Shown one piece after another: positions 37,546-47,197 of a stretch of DNA of 64,000 nucleotides; the first letter of the stretch is position 1, and every line of letters starts with the position of its first letter. The notes beneath the pieces are model-generated. The model had not been told where the DNA came from. It did not search any database and saw only the letters and a program-made list of their open reading frames with translations. Made by a program: the position numbers and the translations under genes. The DNA comes from Candidatus Altiarchaeota archaeon (GTDB lineage: Archaea > Altiarchaeota > Altiarchaeia > IMC4 > SCGC-AAA252-I15): NCBI GenBank assembly GCA_043813075.1, contig JBDRLL010000003.1:64001-128000 (forward strand). Reading direction: 5' to 3'.

Positions 37546-39210
37546 ATGAAAATCAGGTTGAGCTGCTTTAATCCGTTCTCATATAGCATAACCCCCCTCG
37601 GACTGGGATACAAAAACGCTTCCCACAACAACGCTGGACACGACTCTATGATACGCCTTTTTGAACGGGAGGAGTCAGCGTTCTACGACACACTGCTGTC
37701 GATGGACTTTCTTGGGAAGAGATTCCCGCTAATATCGATACCAGAATACATACAACAGATCGAACTGGTGGAGAATGAAGTTTTCGCAGAGGAGCTCGGC
37801 TTCATAGACAGGGGGGAGATGAACTACAGGTCCAGATTCCCCTCTGAAACAGAGAGGCTGGTTGGGATATGCGACTCCATAGCGGACAGCCTGTCAGGCA
37901 ACAGTATGGTGGGATTCAACATAACGTCAATAGCCATGGGACCGACACTATACATCTCGAAGGCAATTAGGGAGAGGGATGATGGCGTGAAGATAGTGTA
38001 TGGGGGGCCGATAACAGACATGATGGCTGGAGTTTTAGACCCCATAAACGCCATGCACAAGTCCATCAACGAGTCAATGAGGAGTAGCGGCATATACGGG
38101 AGGTACGCTGATTTTCTGGCTGGGAACGTCGACTTCCTGGTTCACGGTGAGGGTGAGGAGACTATTGTGGAAATTGCTAATGCGATTGATGATGGAGGTG
38201 ACGCGGAGATACCGGGGACTACCGCCATCAGGGAGGGGTCTTTCAAGAGGAGTCGCCCTAGGAGGCCTGTTGACTTGGATGGGATATGCCGTCCAGACTT
38301 TGATGGCATAGACATGAGGACGTACGGGTATGTCACGTTCAACTTCTCCAGGGGTTGTATTAACGCGTGCACGTTCTGTGACGAGTGCCTGTTCTTCAAG
38401 GGCTACAGAGTCAGGGATCCGGCAAAGGTTTTGGAGGAGTTGAGCGCCGGCTCAGAGAGATATCCTGGTAAAAGGTTTCTCGCGTGCGACAGCCTGCTGA
38501 ACGGAGACCCTGCGAGGCTGAAGGAGCTCTGCAGGCTGATTACTGAGTCAGGGCTGCGTATAGACTGGAGCGGATACCTGCGGCTGCCTGAGACGGACGA
38601 GGAACTAGTAGACCTGCTCTATGAGTCCGGTTTCAGGAGGCCGAAATTCGGTTTAGAGACCATCGACGATGGGGTCTATGAGGAGGTTGGCAAGCGGCAG
38701 GAGACCGGTCACGCGCTTAGGATCATGGACTACTGCAGGAGGAAGGGCATGAAGGTGACCGCGAACTTCATGATCGGGTATCCGGGGAGGGGAATGGACT
38801 TCGAGCTGGAGGTGATGGATAGGGTTAAGGGCATACGAGGGCACTATGATTACATGCCGCTTGAATCGATAAACGTGGGTATAAGGTCGAGTGTCGCGAG
38901 CGACCCTGAGAGGTGGGGTTTCGAGATAAAAAGCACCCATGAATTCAGTGAGAGTGACTGGGAGTATTATACACTGGCAAGGTCGTATATCCCGGGAATC
39001 ATAACGTACACGAGGAATTCGCTGTCACGAAGCGAGGCTGAGAGGATATTCGAGGAATACAACAGGCACGGTCTTCTCAACAAGAGGGGGTTGGAGTATG
39101 GACTCCACAAGTATGGATTAGGATGGCTGAAAAAGTATAGGCGGTATATTCCGTTCAGCATATCCAACTGGCTTAAGCTCCAGTATCTTAAGGAGGAGAT
39201 AATCATTTGA
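37546..39210 (+). CDS. Cobalamin-binding-like radical SAM protein #3 (divergent N-terminus)
   Basis: VYGGP, HGEGEET, FSRGCINACTFC, DSLLNG, FGLE and NFMIGYPG motifs. Confidence 0.85.
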   Translation: MKIRLSCFNPFSYSITPLGLGYKNASHNNAGHDSMIRLFEREESAFYDTLLSMDFLGKRFPLISIPEYIQQIELVENEVFAEELGFIDRGEMNYRSRFPSETERLVGICDSIADSLSGNSMVGFNITSIAMGPTLYISKAIRERDDGVKIVYGGPITDMMAGVLDPINAMHKSINESMRSSGIYGRYADFLAGNVDFLVHGEGEETIVEIANAIDDGGDAEIPGTTAIREGSFKRSRPRRPVDLDGICRPDFDGIDMRTYGYVTFNFSRGCINACTFCDECLFFKGYRVRDPAKVLEELSAGSERYPGKRFLACDSLLNGDPARLKELCRLITESGLRIDWSGYLRLPETDEELVDLLYESGFRRPKFGLETIDDGVYEEVGKRQETGHALRIMDYCRRKGMKVTANFMIGYPGRGMDFELEVMDRVKGIRGHYDYMPLESINVGIRSSVASDPERWGFEIKSTHEFSESDWEYYTLARSYIPGIITYTRNSLSRSEAERIFEEYNRHGLLNKRGLEYGLHKYGLGWLKKYRRYIPFSISNWLKLQYLKEEIII

Positions 39211-39827
39211 CACATAGGGGAGAGCTTACCGGAGAATTGCCTGAACCCGACTGGGATGCGGTCTGGGGCAGGAATTTAGGCAAGAATCTGACGGTATTTA
39301 GGGTATACTCTGGGCTCAGGTTCAGAAGCTATAGAAGACTGTTCAGTGGACTGGACCTGGAGGGTAGGGGGGTGCTGGAGATAGGGGGTGGGACAGGACA
39401 GTTAGGCAGCATGCTTGGGAGGGAATTCAAGTGCAATGTAACACTGATAGACGATAGTGAAGAGGCTTTCAGATTCCACTCCAGATTCGGCATAAAAGGG
39501 GTGGATTATGTGAGGGGGGATGTCTTCAGGCATGAGGGAGTCTACCATCTAGTCTACAGTGACGGGCTTATAGAACACTACAGGGGCGCTAAGAGGGAGG
39601 ATCTGATACGGCGTCATTCCCTGTTATGCGGTGAGGGGGGTTACACCGCCTTTTTTGTGCCAAAAAAATCGTTTTTCGTTGACATGTTCCTCACACTCAG
39701 GGGCTATTACGAGGAGAAGTACGACGTGGATGGCATCACTTCAGAGCTGGAGGAGAATGGCCTTGAGGTCCTCAAGACTGTGGAGGATTTCCATATGATA
39801 GGTGTGTTATGCGAGCAGAGGGGATAG
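39207..39827 (+). CDS. Class I SAM-dependent methyltransferase
   Basis: VLEIGGGTG and SDGLIEHY motifs; overlaps both neighbours. Confidence 0.87.
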   Translation: MTHRGELTGELPEPDWDAVWGRNLGKNLTVFRVYSGLRFRSYRRLFSGLDLEGRGVLEIGGGTGQLGSMLGREFKCNVTLIDDSEEAFRFHSRFGIKGVDYVRGDVFRHEGVYHLVYSDGLIEHYRGAKREDLIRRHSLLCGEGGYTAFFVPKKSFFVDMFLTLRGYYEEKYDVDGITSELEENGLEVLKTVEDFHMIGVLCEQRG

Positions 39828-41164
39828 CCTTTGAGGCAAGGACTAGGAGCCTCTGCCCAGTTTGCCTCAAGCAGGTGGACGCGAGCGTAAGGATTATTGA
39901 GGGTAAGGTCAGCATCAGCAAGGAATGCGACAAGCATGGCTCCTTCGAGTCGCCGCATTTTTGGGGTGATGAAGTGCTTTATCACGCGATGAAGAGGATA
40001 GCGGACATGTGTGATGACGGGGTACCCCCGGACAACCTCGGGTTGTATCTCACACAGAAGTGCGATTTGAGTTGCAGCTACTGTTATCTGAAGGATAATG
40101 AGGAGGGGATGGAAGAGCCGAGCATAAGCGATGTCTTAGATTATGTGTCCGGATTTAAGGGGTCGACTGTCATACTAAGCGGGGGGGAGCCGACACTCAG
40201 GGACGACCTGCCTGAGATAATCAAGGTGGTGCGGGAGAGAGGATACATGATTGTGCTCGCGACAAATGGCATGAGGCTTTCGAGAGAATACGTGGAAGAC
40301 CTGAAGTCATGCGGTTTGGGCATGGTGATGCTGTCTTTCACGACCTTTAAGGAGGAATACTCAGAGAGACTGCAGGGCATCAACACTGTCGAGGCTAAGA
40401 GAAGCGCTGTAAGAAACCTTAATGACGCATGCATCCCATTGTTCCTCTACATTCCTGTTTTGAGGGGGGTGAACGACAGTGAGATAGGCGCATTCATAGA
40501 TTACGCCAAATCCGTGAATGCGGTGAGGGCGGTTGACTTCAATGTGACAACACACCCAGGAGGATTCTCAGACAAGCTGACGCTCACACAGAAGGAGATT
40601 ATCGACGTGATAGGAGAGCATACTGGCGTTGGCGTTGAGGACTTTACGGACTGCACGTTATCCGTGCACCTTGCATCAGAGGCATTAAGGAAGGTATTAG
40701 GTGGTGGGAGGAGGAGTTCAGGATGTTATCTGAGACTATACTTCCTCAGGTCAGGGGAGGTCTTAAGTCCAGTGAGCGGGATTCTGGACTTGAAGTATGT
40801 TAACATGAGGCTTCTATCAGCCAACGCTATCCTTGACTCGAAATCACCGCTCAGGAGAATCAAGGCGTTGAGCATCATCGCGGGATTGTTCCTATCAACC
40901 GCTTGGCGGAATCAGGAGGGGATGATGCTTTGTTCAAGTGTTGTCAGAAGCATTGCCTCCAGGAGAGGTGGCTCGTCTGCTGGCGGCGGATTACTATGCA
41001 TTAATGTTATGCGATTCAACGACCGCTTCAACGCTGACCTTGGTTTCACTCGGGCATGCTGCTCGCACAGCATCAGGAATGCTTCAGAGAAGCCAATGTG
41101 CGCGTGCATTAGGGAAATGTATTTCTGCAGGCCGCCTGTCTTTAAGAAAAGGAATCTAAAGTAG
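39809..41164 (+). CDS. MJ0619/Tes-like radical SAM protein #3
   Basis: TRSLCPVC...CDKHG; CDLSCSYC; SGGEPT; TNG; GVND; C-terminal ACCS...PMCAC. Confidence 0.87.
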   Translation: MRAEGIAFEARTRSLCPVCLKQVDASVRIIEGKVSISKECDKHGSFESPHFWGDEVLYHAMKRIADMCDDGVPPDNLGLYLTQKCDLSCSYCYLKDNEEGMEEPSISDVLDYVSGFKGSTVILSGGEPTLRDDLPEIIKVVRERGYMIVLATNGMRLSREYVEDLKSCGLGMVMLSFTTFKEEYSERLQGINTVEAKRSAVRNLNDACIPLFLYIPVLRGVNDSEIGAFIDYAKSVNAVRAVDFNVTTHPGGFSDKLTLTQKEIIDVIGEHTGVGVEDFTDCTLSVHLASEALRKVLGGGRRSSGCYLRLYFLRSGEVLSPVSGILDLKYVNMRLLSANAILDSKSPLRRIKALSIIAGLFLSTAWRNQEGMMLCSSVVRSIASRRGGSSAGGGLLCINVMRFNDRFNADLGFTRACCSHSIRNASEKPMCACIREMYFCRPPVFKKRNLK

Positions 41165-41170
41165 TGTATA

Positions 41171-43351
41171 ATGCAATTCTGGCGTGGGGGTATTGCAAGG
41201 GACTTGCTGTTCCTGGTCTGCCTTTCTGCGGTTATACTAGTCATCGGAGCATCCAGCATAAGGGAGAAGTCTCCAGTATGGGACGAACCATATTATGTTG
41301 GAGCGGGATACTACATGCTCAGACAGTGGGATAAACCGTGGATAAACTATACCAGCCTAGTTCCCATAATAACGCACCCCCCGCTACCGTATTACGTCAA
41401 CAGCATACCGTTCTACATATACGACTTGATTGGCGACTTCTCGGATGGAGGATTGTTTGATACAAATGAGAGCGAACTAGTCACGTATCCGCCACCAAGC
41501 GTGGATGAGATATTGGATTTGAAGAGGGATTATCCTGAAAAATTCGGGCAGAGATTCATATACTCTGACGAATACGAGGAGTACGACCTCCTGTTCTACT
41601 CGAGGTGCTCGATGCTACTATTGCTGATACTATGCAGCACATACATGTTCGTGATTGCCAAGAGATACTACGGTTTCGAGACGGCCTGCGTGATAACCGC
41701 TTTATTCTCGCTAAACCCGAGCATACTCGCACACGCCAGGCTGGCGACAACCGATATCGCTCCGGCATGCTTTAATCTCATATCATTCTACTACTTCACG
41801 CTTTTCATGGAGAGGAAGAGTCTGACGAGGGGTCTTGCTGTAGGCATAACACTCGGACTGGCCTTGCTCAGCAAGGAATCCAGCACCTACCTGCTGGCAC
41901 TATATTCCGCAATAGTATTCATCCGACTAGTGTCATGGTTTGTGTCGAGGGTCGTGCATGTAGTAAAGACTTGTTGTGGTCTTATGAGTGATAAAAACAG
42001 AATGTCCGAGTCCATCGCGTCGATGCTAACTTGGAGTAGGTTTAGGGGGAGCCTCCCGCTCTTAGGGCTCATAACGCTCATCTCACTGACAGGTGTTTCA
42101 GTATACCATGGCGGGGAAAAAAGCACTATAGTATACGTTGTGGTGATAACGCTTTTCATGATCTTCTACTCTGAGGGGAGGAAGAGGGCTTTCATTGGTT
42201 TTGTCAGATGGTTTTTCCGGCTTTTGAGGTCGCTGACACCATACGCGATGATTGTTGTTTTAGCGACAACCACATTGAATGCGGGGTACTTGTTCACGGA
42301 GATAAACTACGACTGGCTCGAGAACTGGGGGGGTATCCTGCTAAAGGACGTCCGCTTCTCGCAAGACGAGATGATGGATAGGAGCATTAGGGGTTATGCC
42401 CTTGGCTTGAGACTGCCTGTGTCAGACTACTACCTCTACACTATAATGAATACGCGAGTTCATATGAGGGTCGGGCACCCAAGCTACATAAAGGATGTTA
42501 TAATCTCTAGTAGGGAGGTGGGCGAGATGAAACCCGGATTCGTGGAGGACGAGATGCTGAAGATAAGGGAGGGTGTTAGTGTGAAGAAGAGGATGGACTA
42601 CTGGGTGACGCTATTCCTGATAAAAGCCCCTGAAGGGCTTCTGATACTGCTGCTCTTCTCGATATTCTACTTCTTCTCAAACCAATTCAAGAGGGGGATA
42701 GTCAACGATAAGTTGACATGGTTCAGGACGTGCCTTGTGCTGAACATAATCACGGCCTGCATGATGATTCTCGCATCAACCATACTGATTGGCGTAAGAC
42801 TTGTGTTATTCATATTTCCGCTATTGTATCTACTACTAGCGGAGCCGATGAAGGCTCTGCTGTCTGGCGGCAGAACCTCCAGGAGACTAGCATACATCAT
42901 CATAGCATTATCGGTACTCCCAGCTGTCATATACCACCCGCACTACATCCCCTACTTCAATCAGTTGGTTGGCGGCCCGGAAAACGGATACACTTACGCT
43001 TCAGACTCGAATGTTGACTGGGGTCAGGATTTGCCTGGCCTGAAGGAGTATATGGACGAGAAAGGCATTGACGAGATTAAACTGGCATACTTCGGGACCG
43101 CGAGGATAGATGAGTATGGGATAGAGTATTTTTCACTGCCAAACAACCAGGGGATAGAGATGTTCTCTGGGCAGCGGAGTCCTGACGTGGAGTGCGGCCC
43201 TGTTGAGGGCATACTCGCAGTCAGCGCGACAAGCCTGACAGGGCAGTTCGGAGACCCCGGATGCTATGAGTGGCTTAGAGGCTACGAACCGATGGACAAC
43301 ATAGGATATTCCATACTAGTCTATAACATCACCAATGCAACAGCAGGCTAG
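41171..43351 (+). CDS. GT-C fold polytopic glycosyltransferase (PMT/ArnT-like)
   Basis: WDEPYY, HPPL, LAHARLATTD, ALLSKES and YFNQLVGG...DSNVDWGQDL motifs. Confidence 0.85.
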   Translation: MQFWRGGIARDLLFLVCLSAVILVIGASSIREKSPVWDEPYYVGAGYYMLRQWDKPWINYTSLVPIITHPPLPYYVNSIPFYIYDLIGDFSDGGLFDTNESELVTYPPPSVDEILDLKRDYPEKFGQRFIYSDEYEEYDLLFYSRCSMLLLLILCSTYMFVIAKRYYGFETACVITALFSLNPSILAHARLATTDIAPACFNLISFYYFTLFMERKSLTRGLAVGITLGLALLSKESSTYLLALYSAIVFIRLVSWFVSRVVHVVKTCCGLMSDKNRMSESIASMLTWSRFRGSLPLLGLITLISLTGVSVYHGGEKSTIVYVVVITLFMIFYSEGRKRAFIGFVRWFFRLLRSLTPYAMIVVLATTTLNAGYLFTEINYDWLENWGGILLKDVRFSQDEMMDRSIRGYALGLRLPVSDYYLYTIMNTRVHMRVGHPSYIKDVIISSREVGEMKPGFVEDEMLKIREGVSVKKRMDYWVTLFLIKAPEGLLILLLFSIFYFFSNQFKRGIVNDKLTWFRTCLVLNIITACMMILASTILIGVRLVLFIFPLLYLLLAEPMKALLSGGRTSRRLAYIIIALSVLPAVIYHPHYIPYFNQLVGGPENGYTYASDSNVDWGQDLPGLKEYMDEKGIDEIKLAYFGTARIDEYGIEYFSLPNNQGIEMFSGQRSPDVECGPVEGILAVSATSLTGQFGDPGCYEWLRGYEPMDNIGYSILVYNITNATAG

Positions 43352-43354
43352 CGG

Positions 43355-43645
43355 CTATGCTTTGGAAGGAGTGTTCTGGAATCTGCTCCAGTAGGCTAGG
43401 GCAGATACTGTCACCAAGATTATAACCAGGTAAGAGGTAAGTGAGGTTATGGCTATGCCAGCATTCTTGTTTATAAAGTATATTATAAGATGTGGTATCA
43501 CACCCAGTATGGCGCTTAATCCGATCCTCTCGACTATACTGACGTCATTGCGCTTAGGGAATATTGCGAGGGATAGGGCGTACCCAGGGACGAATATGAA
43601 CAAGAGGGAGATTATTGTGCCCCAGAATATGCTTTGACCGTCCAT
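43355..43645 (-). CDS. Small membrane protein (DUF1616 N-terminal-like)
   Basis: FVPGYALSLAIFP...ERIGLS motif; three TM helices. Confidence 0.7.
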   Translation of the reverse strand: MDGQSIFWGTIISLLFIFVPGYALSLAIFPKRNDVSIVERIGLSAILGVIPHLIIYFINKNAGIAITSLTSYLVIILVTVSALAYWSRFQNTPSKA

Positions 43646-43680
43646 CCTTTATTATTACACAACAAGCCCATAAAAAGCCT

Positions 43681-44766
43681 TTAAAGCATGTCTGCAATGA
43701 AGAAGGGCGAGTAGGCGAGGAATTTGACCGCGAACCGGGGGTTGAAGGCTAGGCTGCTGATAACCCTTGACGCATAGTCCATGTCGCCCCCACTCTCAAG
43801 ACTGCCCCTTACAGACTGGAGTAGGTCGAAGAGACGATCCAGACTCTTTGGTGAAAGCCCGGATAAGAAACGATGTATGAACAAGTGCATGAGAAGCTCG
43901 CGTCCGACCGCCCTCTTCCATTCGCGCTCGTATTGGTCGCTGAAAGCATATTCAGCAGCCAGACCGCCCATGACGATTCCGCCGCCGGTGGAAGCCTTCA
44001 CCTGCCCTCCAGCATCCCCCACAGTCACCAGACCATCGTACTGCGTCCTCATCGACGGCTTGTGTATGGGTATTATCCCGTAGTGCTCGTCGAACACCGT
44101 GTCTTTTCTGAGGCGGCCTTCATCACGCAGTTTTTTCACGAATGCCTCCATGTAGGGCCTTGGATTTCTCTTGGTGCAGAGTCCGATGCGAGCACGGTCC
44201 CCGATGGGTATGACCCATGCGAAGAAGTCAGGGACGGTGAAATACAATTCAGCGAAATCATTGTCGCATTCAACGTCCATCTCGTACTGCATTCCAATGA
44301 GGAATTCGCTCGGCTTTTCAATGCCCATTGTGATGTGGAGTGAGTAGTCCGTTCCGGTGGCGAGGGCTATTCGGTCGGCCTTTATCTTGGAGCCGTCACT
44401 GGTGGATATTGTGCCATTGACGTCAACCACGCGGCCGGTGGCCCGGACTGCTCCCGCATCAACTGCCTTGTTTAAGAGGTGGCCGTCAAAACCTATACGA
44501 TCCACCACACACGCCATCGTCTTGCCGCCATCAGCCTCGAACAGCACGCCCCCTGGAGAGTAGAACCTCGCGCCACGAATCCTGTTCAATATGAAATCCC
44601 CGTCACTAACGCCCAGTCTCTCAAGTCCAGACTTGCTTATCAGGCCCGCACACTGGACCCTGCAGACGTCGCCGCCTATCAGCGCGACATCCATTGACTT
44701 GGCGGCGTGCGTTGCTGCGATACAACCTACGGGGCCTGCACCCACCACAGCAGCGTCATATTTCAT
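43681..44766 (-). CDS. Geranylgeranyl reductase family FAD oxidoreductase
   Basis: YDAAVVGAGPVG, QCAGLIS, DRIGFD, FAWVIP and GDAGGQVKASTGGGI motifs. Confidence 0.88.
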   Translation of the reverse strand: MKYDAAVVGAGPVGCIAATHAAKSMDVALIGGDVCRVQCAGLISKSGLERLGVSDGDFILNRIRGARFYSPGGVLFEADGGKTMACVVDRIGFDGHLLNKAVDAGAVRATGRVVDVNGTISTSDGSKIKADRIALATGTDYSLHITMGIEKPSEFLIGMQYEMDVECDNDFAELYFTVPDFFAWVIPIGDRARIGLCTKRNPRPYMEAFVKKLRDEGRLRKDTVFDEHYGIIPIHKPSMRTQYDGLVTVGDAGGQVKASTGGGIVMGGLAAEYAFSDQYEREWKRAVGRELLMHLFIHRFLSGLSPKSLDRLFDLLQSVRGSLESGGDMDYASRVISSLAFNPRFAVKFLAYSPFFIADML

Positions 44767-45464
44767 TTCTTCTTGTGCTTAGAATAAGCCAGGAGCAGCC
44801 TATTGGTTGAAACCAGTATCTTATCCTTCCTATCCGTCTTGACTTCTATCAGCTTCTTACTCTCAAGCGACTCAGCCCACTCCATGACAGTGTTCTTGTC
44901 TGAGTCGAGGAGTATCGCCGCGTCAATCAGCTTGACCCTCTTCAGTCTTGCGACAGTCTTGGCGAGTTCCTTTGGTCCGGAAGACTTGGCCTGCGACTTT
45001 TCCCTCTTTTCGGGGGATGCTATGAGGTCGTCGAATGAATCCTCTGTTAGAGGGGTCACTATCCTCTGTGATACGGGCCTCTCGGGTTCAGTGGGCCTTG
45101 CCTTGGAGGCGTATTCCAGTTCGTCGGTTATCCTCTTGACGTCATCCTCAAGACGTTTCACGTCAGATTCTCTCCCAGCGAGCTTTGACGCCCATTCGGA
45201 GTCCTTGTTTCTAACTTCTTCACGCAATTGGCGTATGGTTTCGTTGGAGCGCATGAGGTGGTATGTTAGGACATCCATCTTCTCAGCGACTGCGATAGCG
45301 TATAGCTGGTCTGGGTGCGCTCCGGTGAGGGAACGCTGGTACCATGCGTCAAGCTCCTGCTCACGCTTCAAGAGCATTGCGTGTTCACGCACGTATTTTC
45401 TCTCAAGTTCCTCGTATCTCCTGCGTTCTTCCTTAAGCTGTTTTTCCAGGTCTTCCCCAGCCAT
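44763..45464 (-). CDS. Coiled-coil protein with C-terminal winged-helix-like domain
   Basis: Coiled coil; VKLIDAAILL...VMEWAESLESKKLIEV, similar to the domains of 25319-27628. Confidence 0.7.
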   Translation of the reverse strand: MAGEDLEKQLKEERRRYEELERKYVREHAMLLKREQELDAWYQRSLTGAHPDQLYAIAVAEKMDVLTYHLMRSNETIRQLREEVRNKDSEWASKLAGRESDVKRLEDDVKRITDELEYASKARPTEPERPVSQRIVTPLTEDSFDDLIASPEKREKSQAKSSGPKELAKTVARLKRVKLIDAAILLDSDKNTVMEWAESLESKKLIEVKTDRKDKILVSTNRLLLAYSKHKKK

Positions 45465-45467
45465 TCT

Positions 45468-46544
45468 TCAATCACCCCTTAAGTCGATCACGTCAACGTC
45501 CTCAGGCCCCGTTGAGATTATAGCCACCGTGACGCCCACCTTATCCTCTATGTTCTTTATGTGGGCTAGCGCGTCCGCCGGCAAGTCATCTATGGATGTT
45601 GCACCAGCGCATTCTGGGAACAGTTTGTCGAGGCATGTGACGCATATTCTCGTTGCACCATTCACTCTCGCAGAGTATCTGGCGAGAGTGAAGTCGAATG
45701 AGCCTATCTTCCTCGGTCTGCCGGTTACTGTACCTACTTCGCCGAGATAACACGCTATCCGCTCGTTGTCGTTTTCGCCCTTGCACCCGGCATCCTCAGC
45801 CCACTTCAGGACGTTAGTCCATATGCTGCTGCCCTCTATCTCCTCGTTTGTCAGGTAGTGGACGTATGGGTCTTCACCAACCCTGCTCATGTAAGCCTTG
45901 TATATGACGTACACATCGTCTACTCGTGTTGGGCCCACGCCCATGTCTGCTGCGGCGGTGGATGCTGAAGTGTCCTTGCTGGTCACATAGGGGTAGTTGC
46001 CGTAGTAGAGGCTTAGTCCGAATCCCTGGCTTGCCTCGATGAGCACTTCCTCCCCCGCATCAATGGCGTCGTTAACTATCTGGGGCACGTCGGCTATGAA
46101 GTCCTTGAGTTCTGGGAAGTCCTTGGCCTGCCTTGCCACACGATTGACTCGGGCAGCATTCGCCGGACCGCATCCGGAGCCGGTTGTCCCTATCTTCTTG
46201 CTGTTGGCTCCCCTATCCTCCTGCTTGTGTTTTTCCTCGATGACTGCGCAACGCTTGTCGACGAATACGCGCCCACGGGTATTAGTCTCATCAACCTCCT
46301 TCATCAAAGTTGGTATGTCCACGAGTACTCCCGCCCCAATCAGCAGCTTCGCTGTCTGATTCATGAACCCGCAGTTTATCATCCGCAGCCCGTATTTCCT
46401 GCCGTTGTGGACTATCGTATGGCCTGCGTTAGGCCCGACACCAGCCCGCCCTATCACCGACGGATTGTCCTTTAATGCGAGATAGGATATTATCTTGCCC
46501 TTGCCCTCATCCCCGTAATGTCCTCCAACCACTATAGAAACCAT
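45468..46544 (-). CDS. purA: Adenylosuccinate synthetase (short archaeal type)
   Basis: GHYGDEGKGK, GPNAGHT, IGTTGSGCGP, YPYVTS and GTVTGR motifs. Confidence 0.96.
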   Translation of the reverse strand: MVSIVVGGHYGDEGKGKIISYLALKDNPSVIGRAGVGPNAGHTIVHNGRKYGLRMINCGFMNQTAKLLIGAGVLVDIPTLMKEVDETNTRGRVFVDKRCAVIEEKHKQEDRGANSKKIGTTGSGCGPANAARVNRVARQAKDFPELKDFIADVPQIVNDAIDAGEEVLIEASQGFGLSLYYGNYPYVTSKDTSASTAAADMGVGPTRVDDVYVIYKAYMSRVGEDPYVHYLTNEEIEGSSIWTNVLKWAEDAGCKGENDNERIACYLGEVGTVTGRPRKIGSFDFTLARYSARVNGATRICVTCLDKLFPECAGATSIDDLPADALAHIKNIEDKVGVTVAIISTGPEDVDVIDLRGD

Positions 46545-46618
46545 ATCGTACACCCTATTTGAAAACAAGTAAAATAGTGGGATTGAATATTATTAAGCTG
46601 GCTTCACATTAGGTTAAG

Positions 46619-47197
46619 ATGCTGGATAAACGCGACTGCAGGGCCATTAAGGCCGATTTGGACAAGCTCAGCAGGGGTAAGATAGAGGTCATGAAGCAGT
46701 CGAGGGAGATTGTTAAGGCGTCTAAGGAGCTGATATACAGCATACACCGGGGGGACGTTAAGGGATCCCGTGCGCTTCTCGCCAACATCCGGAAGAAGAG
46801 GGGGGTGCTTGATAGGATAGCCTCAACCCCGAGGCTTAGGGCATACCATCCGTACATCAATGGCGTGCAGGAGTATGTTGAGGCTGTATCATACCACTAC
46901 GTGATGACTAGTGGGCATATTCCATCCCGGAAAGACCTTGACGTGGACAGCGAGACGTATCTGATGGGCCTGTCAGACCTGACGGGCGAGCTTATGAGGA
47001 AGGGTGTCGACGACATGGTGAATGAGAGATACGCGCATGCGATAATGATGAGGGATGCGGTGGCCGAGATTTACGGTCTCATGCTCAGTCTTGACCTGGA
47101 TGGTGGTGAGGCGCGGAGAAAGTCTGATGCGGTCAAGTGGAACCTGGCGAAGCTCGAGGATTTGGTGTACGATGCCAAGATAAGGGACAAGATATGA
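46619..47197 (+). CDS. Translin/TRAX family protein
   Basis: SREIVKASKELIYSIHRG, QEYVEA, YLMGLSDLTGELMR and RRKSD motifs. Confidence 0.88.
   Translation: MLDKRDCRAIKADLDKLSRGKIEVMKQSREIVKASKELIYSIHRGDVKGSRALLANIRKKRGVLDRIASTPRLRAYHPYINGVQEYVEAVSYHYVMTSGHIPSRKDLDVDSETYLMGLSDLTGELMRKGVDDMVNERYAHAIMMRDAVAEIYGLMLSLDLDGGEARRKSDAVKWNLAKLEDLVYDAKIRDKI

Noticed and set aside
31750-43351. RiPP cluster interpretation of the radical SAM island
   Set aside because: No precursor peptide, PqqD/RRE domain, peptidase or exporter is visible, and intergenic gaps are very short. A distant precursor cannot be excluded.
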